DNA of 64,000 nucleotides from IMG/VR virus record IMGVR_UViG_3300038466_000014. One strand, given 5' to 3'. Source of the DNA: a virus. Shown here one piece after another: positions 18,746 to 28,704 of the stretch. The number at the start of each line of letters is the position of its first letter. Positions within the stretch are counted from its first letter, which is position 1. The notes beneath the pieces are model-generated. The model was not told the DNA's origin. It did not search any database and saw only the letters and a list, made by a program, of their open reading frames with translations. Made by a program: the position numbers and the translations under genes.

Positions 18746-19375
18746 TTAATATACTACCTTATTATCTTCTATTATCTTAATAATAGAATTAATCATCTCA
18801 TCGGTTATAGTATTACTAATATTTGTAAGATAATTTGACAGTTCCGTTATATAAGCAGGTCTATTTCCTCTATCCATAGACTCAATCCTATCTTTTTCTA
18901 GAGGATCACATGCACCAATATGTAATAGCAACATCTTATTAATATACTTATATGTATAAAAATAAATTGCCACAAGTAATTTTAATAAATCCTTATGTGA
19001 CCATTGTTCTATATGAGGAATCATACTAATATTATCAGCATCAAAACTTATACTATAATGTAATAACCACTCATTAGAAATACCACCAACCTTCTGCATA
19101 TTACGTATGTCTAAAATAATACCTACCAACATTCTTAATTTGTTCTGCATAGATGTATCTTTAGGTAGTGGTATTATACAACGATTAATAGTAGAGCCTA
19201 AACACGTTTCAAATTTGCATAACTTTGGTATATAAAAATCATCTATCTTACAAGTACTAATTGTTTTAAAAATAAGACTATTATCATCTATAAGTTTCTT
19301 TACTACTTTGAGTATTATATCAGAGTTATAATGGTATGTATCCAAGTCAATGGGTGTCATATATTTGATGTTCAT
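18746..19375 (-). CDS. Hypothetical protein; start codon lies in the mini-IS right end
   Basis: 209 aa. ATGAACATCAA is the right end of the 147-bp element. Confidence 0.65.
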   Translation of the reverse strand: MNIKYMTPIDLDTYHYNSDIILKVVKKLIDDNSLIFKTISTCKIDDFYIPKLCKFETCLGSTINRCIIPLPKDTSMQNKLRMLVGIILDIRNMQKVGGISNEWLLHYSISFDADNISMIPHIEQWSHKDLLKLLVAIYFYTYKYINKMLLLHIGACDPLEKDRIESMDRGNRPAYITELSNYLTNISNTITDEMINSIIKIIEDNKVVY

Positions 19376-19511
19376 TGAATACCTCCCGATGATTCCGGTC
19401 TGGAGATCTCCGGCCTTTCGGCGTGAGTTCCAGCGTTAATGATCAATTTAATCCTCCTTGTTTACAGAGCCTAACCCCGAACACCGTTCGGGGATTGCGG
19501 CTCTAATACTG
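19365..19511 (-). mobile_element. 147-bp non-autonomous derivative of the IS605 element
   Basis: First 46 nt are identical to the IS left end. Ends GGAATCATCGGGAGGTATTCAATGAACATCAA versus IS GGAATCATCGGGCGGTGCCCGATGAGCATCAA. Confidence 0.88.
19372..19446 (-). CDS. 24-aa mini-ORF inside the mini-IS (TnpB C-terminus-like end)
   Basis: AAGGAGG SD, TTG start, MIINAGTHAERPEISRPESSGGIQ (TnpB ends ESSGGAR). Its TGA overlaps the downstream ATG. Confidence 0.55.
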   Translation of the reverse strand: MIINAGTHAERPEISRPESSGGIQ

Positions 19512-19825
19512 TTCATATAATCGCGCCCATATAAATTTGATTTTTTATTTAAAATGGCACACACAAATTCTATTAATCTGTATTTCGCGATAGAAATATC
19601 TCCGGTAGTTATAATATAAGGATTACCAGCATTATCCAAATATACTTTGTCGAGAAAAATATCTAAAATTATTTCCTCTTCTTTCAATCTTTTATATTTA
19701 TCAACAATCGTATATTTTACTTTAATATTTTCCTCGGTTAACATCTCTTGTTTATATAATCCTTGAGTAATTTTAAAATCTGTATCTATTAGTTCGACCG
19801 AATGTGGCTTTGTAATATTATTCAT
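19448..19825 (-). CDS. Hypothetical protein; C-terminal ~21 aa encoded by the mini-IS left end
   Basis: Reads through the left-end hairpin. In frame with 18746-19375 once the element is removed. Confidence 0.6.
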   Translation of the reverse strand: MNNITKPHSVELIDTDFKITQGLYKQEMLTEENIKVKYTIVDKYKRLKEEEIILDIFLDKVYLDNAGNPYIITTGDISIAKYRLIEFVCAILNKKSNLYGRDYMNSIRAAIPERCSGLGSVNKED

Positions 19826-20363
19826 TATCTATCCTATCTTCGTCTTCAAATGACTTTAGATATTCATAGATGTGAAATTCTTTTTCAAGACATTCCGGTA
19901 ATTCTTTAGCGTTTTCCACACTATCCCATTTATAAATAAGATCCACTCCATCTTCCCATATACCAGCAAATCCCATACCCGATTCGTAATACATAGCATA
20001 AATATTATACCCTTGGGATTGTAGTTGTACAAATGCTTCTATTGGCGGTGCCCATGCGGTGTATCCCCGTATCTCCAATGTATTATCATCTACCCTCTTC
20101 ATTTCCACCCCGCTTAAATCCCATTTAGTTCCCCAATTAATTTTTCTCCATTCATCCGCATGATAAAATCCATATTTTTCTTTTAATTTATTCTCTCTTT
20201 CGGCTCCAAATGGTGGAGTGTCATCGATCTCATCGTCACACAATTCTTTAGGACAAGGTAACAGTGATTGTAATACTTGTTTTTTATCACCATTAAAAAT
20301 CATATCTATAAGATCAGAATTCCCGTTGGATAGTGAAATGAAATTGTTGCAAAAATTAGGCAT
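19818..20363 (-). CDS. DUF1281/Api92-like ferredoxin-fold protein
   Basis: MPNFCNN, WRKINWGTKWD, TAWAPP and YYESGMGFAG. Confidence 0.75.
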   Translation of the reverse strand: MPNFCNNFISLSNGNSDLIDMIFNGDKKQVLQSLLPCPKELCDDEIDDTPPFGAERENKLKEKYGFYHADEWRKINWGTKWDLSGVEMKRVDDNTLEIRGYTAWAPPIEAFVQLQSQGYNIYAMYYESGMGFAGIWEDGVDLIYKWDSVENAKELPECLEKEFHIYEYLKSFEDEDRIDNE

Positions 20364-20378
20364 TACACTCTTCCTCGT

Positions 20379-20684
20379 TTATGTATACATTGCACAAGCT
20401 ACTATTTCTTTAACCTTATCTTGATTTCTCTTATACTCAATCCCGTCCTCATAAAACTCCATTTTCCAATCACCATCGATTGTTAAATGAATATCACATC
20501 TACCATATATACTGACCTCTTCGTCACAAAGAAGACATGTTAAACTTCCAAGTTGTATTTTTCCATCTTCATCAAATATCATATTCTTTTTCGCACACTT
20601 ACACCACATACAACTACAATATAAATCAAATGGACCGTCTTTATAATTATGTAATATTTTGAATTTGGTTTTTAATTTCGGCAT
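20379..20684 (-). CDS. Cys-rich hypothetical protein
   Basis: 101 aa. Confidence 0.55.
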   Translation of the reverse strand: MPKLKTKFKILHNYKDGPFDLYCSCMWCKCAKKNMIFDEDGKIQLGSLTCLLCDEEVSIYGRCDIHLTIDGDWKMEFYEDGIEYKRNQDKVKEIVACAMYT

Positions 20685-20712
20685 ATTTCCCTTTTAAGTT
20701 AATAAATATAAA

Positions 20713-21123
20713 TTAAGAACAGGATGAATATAAATTCTCACCGGAAAGCAATATAATCCTATTCCAAACCCCGTTATCGAGTATGTCGAATATTTCCCTT
20801 CCGCTCTCGCCCATTTTCCAATCTTCAAAATCAAGAATACAAGACATGTCAGTAAATTTAATAAGTAATCCAACATAGATATCACCATCTTGGAAATGCC
20901 ATTCCATATATAACATATGTCCTTCATCTAGATAAAAGGTTTCCGGTATATCAAGATTAACTTCATTCCCTCCCGGATAAGTATCTCTTATTTTATCAAT
21001 AATATTGTTCCAATTTGCTGGATCTGTATATGGTTCATTGGGATCATACTTCTTTGCGTACATATCCCTATATTTTTCCAGTTCTAATATAAATTGTTTA
21101 AACAATGATTCTTCAATATACAT
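20713..21123 (-). CDS. Hypothetical protein, paralog of 21174-21620
   Basis: Shared TYPxG..IP..F..MEWxFQ..YV.L.I..DMS.IL. Confidence 0.65.
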   Translation of the reverse strand: MYIEESLFKQFILELEKYRDMYAKKYDPNEPYTDPANWNNIIDKIRDTYPGGNEVNLDIPETFYLDEGHMLYMEWHFQDGDIYVGLLIKFTDMSCILDFEDWKMGESGREIFDILDNGVWNRIILLSGENLYSSCS

Positions 21124-21173
21124 TTTAAACTCCTATTGATTGGTTAGACAAAATTAATTATTTAATAATGATA

Positions 21174-21620
21174 TCATGGTTGAAACGGATAAATCAGGGG
21201 TGTATCTGAGTGCCGAATGATCTTATACCATATATCTTCATCAAGTGTCTTGATTTCTTCGGAATATTTTTCTTTCAAAATCGGATCTCTAAATTCTGGG
21301 ATATCGTATGATTGTGCTTCAAATGTTTCGCATTCCAGAATTCCGGACATATCATCTAAATTTATATGCAACGACACATATACATTATCGTTTTGAAAAG
21401 TCCATTCCATCATTATCTTTCCATCCTCTTCTGGAAATACATTCGGTATTTCAAGATATCCCTTCGGATAAGTACATATCAATCTATTTATAAGTCCTCC
21501 TATTTCATCGTCATTAAATCCTTTTCCCAAAGTCATTCCAGTTTTCCACCCATCTTTTAATTCTTTAAAACTATTTATTCTTTCTATAAATTTTTCAAAT
21601 TCCTCGTCTATATTTTCCAT
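21174..21620 (-). CDS. Hypothetical protein, paralog of 20713-21123
   Basis: Same shared motif string. Confidence 0.65.
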   Translation of the reverse strand: MENIDEEFEKFIERINSFKELKDGWKTGMTLGKGFNDDEIGGLINRLICTYPKGYLEIPNVFPEEDGKIMMEWTFQNDNVYVSLHINLDDMSGILECETFEAQSYDIPEFRDPILKEKYSEEIKTLDEDIWYKIIRHSDTPLIYPFQP

Positions 21621-21657
21621 GAAACTTTCTTGTGTTTGAAAAATTGTTTTTCTTGTG

Positions 21658-22152
21658 TCATTTTGGTTGCCATCCTCTTTTCTCGTATTCTCTTACTCTC
21701 TTCAGAGTTTCTTTTAGTTTAGGAGTGGGTGTATCGTGTACGATATCGTTTTCTTCCGCAAGTAATTTCTTGAGGAAATTTATTGCATCTTCTCCTTCCA
21801 ATACTGGAGTGGGTATGAACAATGGTTGTTTGTCTTCTGTATCTGTAGATATTTTGTTCAGATAATAAAATTCCAAGTTGTTTTTGTAACATAATAAATT
21901 CTCTATCGCTTTTTCGCTCTGCGCTATGGCTGCCGATACTACTTCTGATAGTACACGTTCAAAACTATTATCCAAACAAAATGTAGCAAATAGATCCACC
22001 TTATTCAACGATGTTCTATGTATTCTCCAACCACAATTATTGGAAAAATAGATCTGGGTCGCATCATCGTATTCACATAGTTCTTTCTGTACAATTATAT
22101 CACCATAACTATTAATTTGAATACAGTTTATGAGTGTTTCGTTTGCCGACAT
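21658..22152 (-). CDS. Hypothetical protein
   Basis: 164 aa. Confidence 0.6.
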   Translation of the reverse strand: MSANETLINCIQINSYGDIIVQKELCEYDDATQIYFSNNCGWRIHRTSLNKVDLFATFCLDNSFERVLSEVVSAAIAQSEKAIENLLCYKNNLEFYYLNKISTDTEDKQPLFIPTPVLEGEDAINFLKKLLAEENDIVHDTPTPKLKETLKRVREYEKRGWQPK

Positions 22153-22378
22153 TTATTTTTTACCTTGCCCTTTCACGGTCTACACTTAACACTTTTGGCC
22201 GCTCTACAAGAACCCGCCTCGTAATGTACAGGATCTTGTAACGCGCCAACCAACTGGTCTGGAGGCGGAGGGCGTCTCGCTTCTTCTGCTTCTTTAGACA
22301 ATGATGTAGGTAATTTCCTTGGAAATCTGAATAAAGTTCTCGCGATAATATCTTTCTTCTCAGACGGACAAGCAAAAA

Positions 22379-22603
22379 TCAACCACCAACAATCAACCAC
22401 CAACAATTATCCACTTTTTCCGCGATACAGAATTTATTATCTAAATAGAAAAACGCGATAAGATCTTCGACAATAAAATCTGTATCTACTTCATAGACGA
22501 TAGTTTCATCTATATAAGGGATGTGCCCTTCTGGAATTGCAATTCTGTACTCAAAGTCATTAACGTTGATTATCATTTTCAACATTCCTTTATTTCTGAC
22601 CAA
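22379..22603 (-). CDS. Hypothetical protein
   Basis: 74 aa; ends in a 14-bp tandem duplication. Confidence 0.45.
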   Translation of the reverse strand: MVRNKGMLKMIINVNDFEYRIAIPEGHIPYIDETIVYEVDTDFIVEDLIAFFYLDNKFCIAEKVDNCWWLIVGG

Positions 22604-22713
22604 CCAGCAACAAGAGATAATGAAAATTCATACGAGAAAATATCATCTACATCGAAAATTTGCGTGAAAATATTTTTCCATAGAAATGATTGTGTATCCA
22701 GTATCCAATTATT

Positions 22714-23100
22714 TTAATCTATTTTTATTCCTCTTACATTTTCACCGGTTTCAAGATGAAACATTATACGTTTATTAATAGGTACTGTACTATTAGGGTT
22801 GTGAAATATCCTAATTTTACTACGCGGATCAATGATGTGTCGAGCTTTTCCGGCACGACGAGATCTTAAACTTAGAAAGTCTAATCTATCAATGTCTTTT
22901 GGAACAGCATCCTCGGTATTAATACGAATATTTCGTCGAGCCAACCGTTCTTTTTGTAAACGGTCTTCATATTCTTTGCGTATGCGATCACGATCCTTCG
23001 GATCTTCTGCAACAACTAACTTACATAGTAAATCTAAATACTTCCCGGCCTCTTCGGGTTCAATGTGATATTCCTCAAAAAAATCTTTTTCCTTTATCAT
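22714..23100 (-). CDS. Hypothetical protein
   Basis: 128 aa, ATGA-coupled to the upstream gene. Confidence 0.6.
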   Translation of the reverse strand: MIKEKDFFEEYHIEPEEAGKYLDLLCKLVVAEDPKDRDRIRKEYEDRLQKERLARRNIRINTEDAVPKDIDRLDFLSLRSRRAGKARHIIDPRSKIRIFHNPNSTVPINKRIMFHLETGENVRGIKID

Positions 23101-23294
23101 GTCTTTTCATGTTTTAATGGTTCGTGACTTTCCGGAGAGCAGGAAAACCATCTAACAAACCTCAACGGGATATGACGATTCTGTCCGCTTTCGAGACGCA
23201 TCCACAAAAGATCTGATCCAAATCTAACTTCTGTTGCATCAAAAGATTCGAGATATCCATCATGCCACCGCACAGATACTTTTGTTTTATCCAT
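23097..23294 (-). CDS. Hypothetical protein
   Basis: 65 aa. Confidence 0.55.
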   Translation of the reverse strand: MDKTKVSVRWHDGYLESFDATEVRFGSDLLWMRLESGQNRHIPLRFVRWFSCSPESHEPLKHEKT

Positions 23295-23559
23295 TTTCCT
23301 CTACCTCGTAATAAAAATTTAAAGTTTGTTTTGTATTGTTAGATTCAAAAATAATTCCTACAACTTTACCATCTTTAATTATCTTTCTGATTGATTCGTG
23401 ATTACCTTCCTCGAATCCTTTACACATTTTTGGAAATCTTGTTCTATTCTTATATTTTAAACATTCAAATGATAACGTTGTCATAGCAAGACAATAAGCC
23501 AATCTTAAAAATTTACAATTAATACACGGATCTTTTGGGGGAATTTCTGATAGTATCAT
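23287..23559 (-). CDS. Hypothetical protein
   Basis: 90 aa. Confidence 0.55.
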   Translation of the reverse strand: MILSEIPPKDPCINCKFLRLAYCLAMTTLSFECLKYKNRTRFPKMCKGFEEGNHESIRKIIKDGKVVGIIFESNNTKQTLNFYYEVEENG

Positions 23560-24002
23560 ACAAATCCCACTGTTATTGGATTAAGTTCAAGAATGTCGCA
23601 CATTTTAATAATCAAATCTGTATTATTTCTATATCGCGGATTTAATAATGTTTCAACATCTCCAACACTCAAATCAGTTCTTTCCACAATGTCCTCTTTT
23701 GTCAGATTCAATCGATCCATAGCCTTTAAATACGATGTCGCCGGTTCTTCGCGCGATTTAATCGCAATTGCAGTTATATCGTCGTCGGCCCAATTTAATA
23801 ATCTGTCAGATAATTCTTTACCTGCATACTTTTCAAAATCTGCTCTGGTGAAGATAATATGTGTCGTAGCGCCATGTCTCCATAAGGAGATATGATCTTG
23901 GTCTCTTGTATATAATTGTGTTTTGGGGAATCTTCTTGCGGAAGGGGAATCTTCCCAAGGATATTCTCCATGATTAATTTTTTCAGTCATTGCTTTCTCC
24001 AA
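23556..24002 (-). CDS. Protein with C-terminal XRE-like HTH
   Basis: LNLTKEDIVERTDLSVGDVETLLN...IIKMCDILEL. Confidence 0.6.
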   Translation of the reverse strand: MEKAMTEKINHGEYPWEDSPSARRFPKTQLYTRDQDHISLWRHGATTHIIFTRADFEKYAGKELSDRLLNWADDDITAIAIKSREEPATSYLKAMDRLNLTKEDIVERTDLSVGDVETLLNPRYRNNTDLIIKMCDILELNPITVGFV

Positions 24003-24227
24003 CTATTCTCGTATTTCGTTTAATCTATTTTTCATCTCTTGACACCACTCGATCATATCATCCAGTTTTTCAATACATAATTTAAAATCGTATTGAGATG
24101 GATTGTTCTGCTCGACAATATATCTAAGCTGGGTTTCAATACTTTGTGCTCTTGGAATAATCGCAAAGCTAACTCCTTTTATAAGTGCAATAATCTGTTT
24201 TTTTGTTAAACCATGATGTGTTTCCAT
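24003..24227 (-). CDS. Hypothetical protein
   Basis: 74 aa. Confidence 0.55.
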   Translation of the reverse strand: METHHGLTKKQIIALIKGVSFAIIPRAQSIETQLRYIVEQNNPSQYDFKLCIEKLDDMIEWCQEMKNRLNEIRE

Positions 24228-24324
24228 TGTTTTTCCATTTTATTTATTAGGTAAAATTACATTTTTCTATACCAAGAAAAACAAGACTTCATCCGTAGAG
24301 TACCTGACGAGATCTGTAATTTTC

Positions 24325-24615
24325 TCATTTGTCCTGTTTGATATCGTGTATACCTTTTTCCAACCAAAGCCGTGTTCTTTCCTTTACACTACATGATTGA
24401 ATAAGTCCAGCCGTTTTACTAACGATAAAATCAAACGTAAGAAACCCAAACACTACCCACCCCACTGGAAATAAAATAATTAATAGTATAGAACCTTTTA
24501 TCCCACAAGCAAAAAGTCCTCCGTTAATCTCAGTATGAATATCGTGTATGAATATAAATTCGGCGAATAAAATCACCGATGTTAATAGTATACCTATACA
24601 GAACAAAACTCCCAT
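24325..24615 (-). CDS. Membrane protein
   Basis: Two hydrophobic segments and a GGAGG SD. Confidence 0.6.
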   Translation of the reverse strand: MGVLFCIGILLTSVILFAEFIFIHDIHTEINGGLFACGIKGSILLIILFPVGWVVFGFLTFDFIVSKTAGLIQSCSVKERTRLWLEKGIHDIKQDK

Positions 24616-24904
24616 TTAGTTGTCCTCCGTTTCTTTTATTTCTTTTATTCCTTTCAAATCCAAACTTTAAATATCTGTTAGGAATTGGAGGATGATATAT
24701 GGAATATATAACTCCAACAATTCCCAATAAAATTGTAAGTACACAATCACCAATAAATAAATACATAAAGGTATAAGAATGCTCTGGTCCGAACAGATGG
24801 GTGGATATAACTATAATAATCCAAGATACGGCTAACCTAATAACACATAAAATAAAAGCATTATCGATTATAAAGTTGTATATCGTTTTTACAAATTTTA
24901 ACAT
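24530..24904 (-). CDS. Membrane protein
   Basis: Two hydrophobic segments and an AGGAG SD. Confidence 0.55.
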   Translation of the reverse strand: MLKFVKTIYNFIIDNAFILCVIRLAVSWIIIVISTHLFGPEHSYTFMYLFIGDCVLTILLGIVGVIYSIYHPPIPNRYLKFGFERNKRNKRNGGQLNGSFVLYRYTINIGDFIRRIYIHTRYSY

Positions 24905-24914
24905 TTATATCTCC

Positions 24915-25490
24915 TTAGCCTCCCTCCCTATGACAGATAATTACTCTACTATACATCCCATTTGTCTCTTCAACCGTTTTATCGAACTCATCTTTATTCA
25001 TAAGAGTATTGAAATATAATCTATAATAATTCTTTCCATCAAACCTAACACATTTACAATCAAATTCATTTATTCTTTCATTCCAACGCGCATCAAAATA
25101 ATACGTCTTTATCAGTATCACATAATTCCCAGGTTTTGTAGGAGAACCTTCCATCCATATATCATCTCCCATTAACATATCCAATTGAATTTTTTCCTTC
25201 TCGTCTTTAATAATGTCATCGACCCGACCCAACGTTGTTTCTGCGATCGAAATCAAATTTTGCAATCCGACTTTTAATTTTCTTAACATATTACTATTAT
25301 TATCATCCATTCTTTTTGGTAATCTGCATCCTGCTGGGAAACGTCTTTCGCCAATAGGAGGAAACTCGTCGTGATCGATATTCACGTTTAGTTCACAAAC
25401 GGTACGTTTATTAATATACGATCTATATATACACTTCCAACATCCTATGAGATGCAGAGTTCTTTCTTCGTTGTTCATTTCAGGACTCAT
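24915..25490 (-). CDS. Hypothetical protein
   Basis: 191 aa. Confidence 0.6.
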   Translation of the reverse strand: MSPEMNNEERTLHLIGCWKCIYRSYINKRTVCELNVNIDHDEFPPIGERRFPAGCRLPKRMDDNNSNMLRKLKVGLQNLISIAETTLGRVDDIIKDEKEKIQLDMLMGDDIWMEGSPTKPGNYVILIKTYYFDARWNERINEFDCKCVRFDGKNYYRLYFNTLMNKDEFDKTVEETNGMYSRVIICHREGG

Positions 25491-25749
25491 CCTTTATCTG
25501 CGAGCGAAGATATGCTACGAGTTCACAAATCTCTTTATGAGGATATTTGAATTCGTTATCGACCATATATGGACAACCAGTGCCTGTACATTCAATAAAT
25601 TCATGTGTGATCTGATCACCCCTTCCACTACACGATTCACCAAGTTCATAAACTACTGTTTTAACTATTTCTCCACACATAGGACAAACATCATAAATAT
25701 TGGTCTCTTTTTTTTCGGTATCCATTATTCCTCCCTTAATGGTGTACAT
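25480..25749 (-). CDS. Small zinc-finger protein
   Basis: CPMC...CTGTGC. Confidence 0.55.
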   Translation of the reverse strand: MYTIKGGIMDTEKKETNIYDVCPMCGEIVKTVVYELGESCSGRGDQITHEFIECTGTGCPYMVDNEFKYPHKEICELVAYLRSQIKDES

Positions 25750-25855
25750 CCCGTGAAAAAACGGGACATTTCCTTGCTTAGAATTGTAATATCCTTATGG
25801 TTAAGACTAAATGTAAACCCCCTCTATTTTATAACTCGCATCTATATTATAGTAT

Positions 25856-26318
25856 TCATTTACCATGAAATCTGTTGAGTGTATGTTCGATGTATAATTT
25901 TCCATTGGGTTTATCCACGTCATCCACATTTTTTACAGTGGAAACGCTTCCGGAACAATGAGGAGTAGAACATCCAATCGATTCATAGTAATTATCGTAA
26001 AATTCATGGTTTTCAATAGCAACAACTCTGTTGTTGTCGGTTATAATATACGTCTATGGAATATCATTTATTTCCATCGGATTAATACATACTATAATAT
26101 GTCCTGCGTTGTTTCTACGCGCAGCATCTAATTTACAATTTAGATTTAAATTATATGTTTTAATATCTTTCTCATCGAATTTAAAAGAATACATTTTAAA
26201 ATATCCTGCATACGGATCTGTTATTACTCCTTTTAAAATGGAGACTACCGAAACGAGAAGAGTCAGTAAAATCGCAAATACACACGAACTGAATTGTTAT
26301 TATCGTGTTCTTACTCAT
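25856..26318 (-). pseudogene. Disrupted gene (early frameshift and in-frame TAG)
   Basis: Manual translation shows a long frame with a TM segment, broken by TAG at 26054-26056. Confidence 0.45.
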
Positions 26319-26325
26319 TATACCC

Positions 26326-26994
26326 TCACCCCTTGTATGTATACAATAAATTAATTATTTCTAATGGTGTATCCGTAGAAAGGTTGCTGATTACCGAATC
26401 TGGTTTGACCCCATAATCAAGTAGAATTTCTATAATTTCTATTTGTCCATTAATTACGGCGCTTATAAGCGCCTGTTCTCCGCTTAATTCCAAATCCACT
26501 CCACACTCAATCATCTTTTTTAATAACTTCGGATATCCAAGACCGGAAGCTAATCTCAATGGATACCCGGATCTCGCGTTTATGTTTGCGCCGGATTTGA
26601 TAAATAAATCAAATAATTTAAAATCCGATATATGGACAGCATAAATAATAGGATAATCATCGGATATATGTACATCCGCGCCATCTTCAAGAAGTTCTGT
26701 AATAGTTTCAGTATTCATAATTCTTCTATTTTTCAAAGTTATTGATGCTATCCGCGCATCGGTAAATTCTGCAATACTCATATCCGGATATATATTTAAA
26801 TGTTCATCTCCAACACTCTTCACATCATAAATATATTCTCTTGTGAACAGCCGGAGTCCAGAAAGCACATTCAGATTATTAAATAATTTCAATTCTTTAA
26901 AAGGGATTGGATATGGTATTTTGTTTATACCAGACTTAAACCGAGGTGTGTTATCGTATTGATTTTTAGATTTCGTTAGTTTGTAAAACTTCAT
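26326..26994 (-). CDS. Ankyrin-repeat protein
   Basis: GADVH..YPIIYA, GANIN..YPLRLA and ALISAVINGQIEIIEILLDYG repeats. Confidence 0.85.
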   Translation of the reverse strand: MKFYKLTKSKNQYDNTPRFKSGINKIPYPIPFKELKLFNNLNVLSGLRLFTREYIYDVKSVGDEHLNIYPDMSIAEFTDARIASITLKNRRIMNTETITELLEDGADVHISDDYPIIYAVHISDFKLFDLFIKSGANINARSGYPLRLASGLGYPKLLKKMIECGVDLELSGEQALISAVINGQIEIIEILLDYGVKPDSVISNLSTDTPLEIINLLYTYKG

Positions 26995-27793
26995 TTATTT
27001 CCTTTGGTTCTATAATTTCCGACCCGCATAATCTCTTAAGCGCAACTTCTATATATTCTTTTTTCAATTCACAACCAATAAAATTTCTATTTAATTTTTT
27101 AGCGGCTACACCTGTTGTACAACTACCGGCAAAAGGATCGAAAATATAATCTTTTGGATTAGTGCTTGCTAAAATTATACGTTCCAGAAGTTCCACTGGT
27201 TTTTGGGTTGGGTGTTTACCATAGAGTTTCTCTTCTGTTTTTGGAGATCCTATCACCCACACAGACTTCATTTGTTTATCGTTATTAATTTTTTTCATTA
27301 TATCATAGTTAAACACATGTTTAGATTTTGAATTCTTTACCGCCCATATCAATGTTTCTGTGGAATGTGTGAAATATCTACACGATAGATTTGGTGGAGG
27401 ATTGGGCTTTTCCCAAGTTATATTATTCAATATTTTATACCCTAATTTCTGCATAGCATATCCAATAGAATATATGGCATGATGCGTTCCGGATACCCAG
27501 ATTGTTCCATTATCTGTCAGCAACTGCTGACATAAAGTCAACCACTGTACATTAAATTCATGATTAACTTCTACACCGCCGGATTTATCCCACTCACCTT
27601 TATCAACTTTTACCCGTTTACCGGCGTGACAAGTCGTTCCGCCATTGGAAAGAAAGTATGGCGGATCCGCAAAGATCATATCGAATTTTATATTCTTATG
27701 ATCCGATAACAGCTTTTGCATAAAATGTATACACTCGTCTTCATAGACCCATAAATTTATGTTTTCAGAAACGATATTATTATTTTCGTTCAT
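26966..27793 (-). CDS. Beta-class amino-DNA methyltransferase (DpnA-like, m6A)
   Basis: IFADPPY, WEKPNPPPN, HPTQKP and DPFAGS in beta-class order. Confidence 0.9.
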   Translation of the reverse strand: MNENNNIVSENINLWVYEDECIHFMQKLLSDHKNIKFDMIFADPPYFLSNGGTTCHAGKRVKVDKGEWDKSGGVEVNHEFNVQWLTLCQQLLTDNGTIWVSGTHHAIYSIGYAMQKLGYKILNNITWEKPNPPPNLSCRYFTHSTETLIWAVKNSKSKHVFNYDIMKKINNDKQMKSVWVIGSPKTEEKLYGKHPTQKPVELLERIILASTNPKDYIFDPFAGSCTTGVAAKKLNRNFIGCELKKEYIEVALKRLCGSEIIEPKEINEVLQTNEI

Positions 27794-27912
27794 TGTGAAA
27801 AAGGAACCTTTCGCTGTTGGGTTGTATTTTACTGCTGATATACTAACAAAATTATTAATCTTTAATAAAAATCAACTTGTTTTTAACAAGGTTCGTATTT
27901 CAACTTTATCTC

Positions 27913-28592
27913 TCACTCCACTATATTTATATTTTTTGGCGATATTAGTTTTTTAAACGCTTTACATGTACCGCATTTACCACACTGAATTGTAGTATAC
28001 TCCCGCACACCTTCACACGTCCACATCATCTTAAATATTTTCTATTAAGATAGGAACTGTTATATATTCTGTTTATAATATCTTATTTAGTATCATATTT
28101 GAATAGGTAAACAAGATCAGGCGGTTTCTGACCTCCAGTACACCCTTTATAAAAATTATAAAACCCTTCTTCAAAAAATGGACGATCCAGCCAATAAGAA
28201 TATTCTCTTATGTATCCTAATAAAATCCGATCTATCTGAAGACCTGTAATAGATTGTAATAATCCGATCATCCATAACGGTTGTTGATAATACATCCAAT
28301 TGCCCGTCGGGGGGTTGCTAATATAGTCCTTTCTATTTTTATCAAAGTGAATCCATTCTTTAGAAGTTTCCATGCTTAAATTATAAGACTGTTCGTAAAA
28401 CCAAATATCGTTTAAATTATAATTATTTGTTAGTGTTCTGCGTATACGTTGTCTTGTATACGATTCTATAGCTGATTTATGAATGTTGTTCTTTAAATTA
28501 AAATATTGAGTAATAAATGGTTGTTTAGATTCTATTTGTTGTAAGACAATTGCGGTCGAATCCATACCGCCAGACCACACGATTAGATCCAT
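27913..28592 (-). pseudogene. queC: QueC-like PP-loop ATPase, disrupted
   Basis: WSGGMDST, then TK*DII premature TAA at 28083, then a frameshift into WTCE-x7-QCGKCGTC. Confidence 0.7.
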
Positions 28593-28619
28593 TTAAACTG
28601 CCGAAATAATAAAATTTGT

Positions 28620-28633
28620 TATATATATTAAAT
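28620..28633 (+). promoter_or_regulatory. Motif B
   Basis: Exact copy upstream of a two-gene plus-strand islet. Confidence 0.55.
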
Positions 28634-28704
28634 ATTAGATTATGAATTGTTTATAGTCTAAAGATTCTGTAATCCAATTACATTTTTATTCAAGGAAGTT
28701 TATC

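Noticed and set aside
22379-22408. 14-bp tandem repeat CAACCACCAACAAT as a CRISPR remnant
   Set aside because: Two adjacent copies with no spacer, so a simple slippage duplication.
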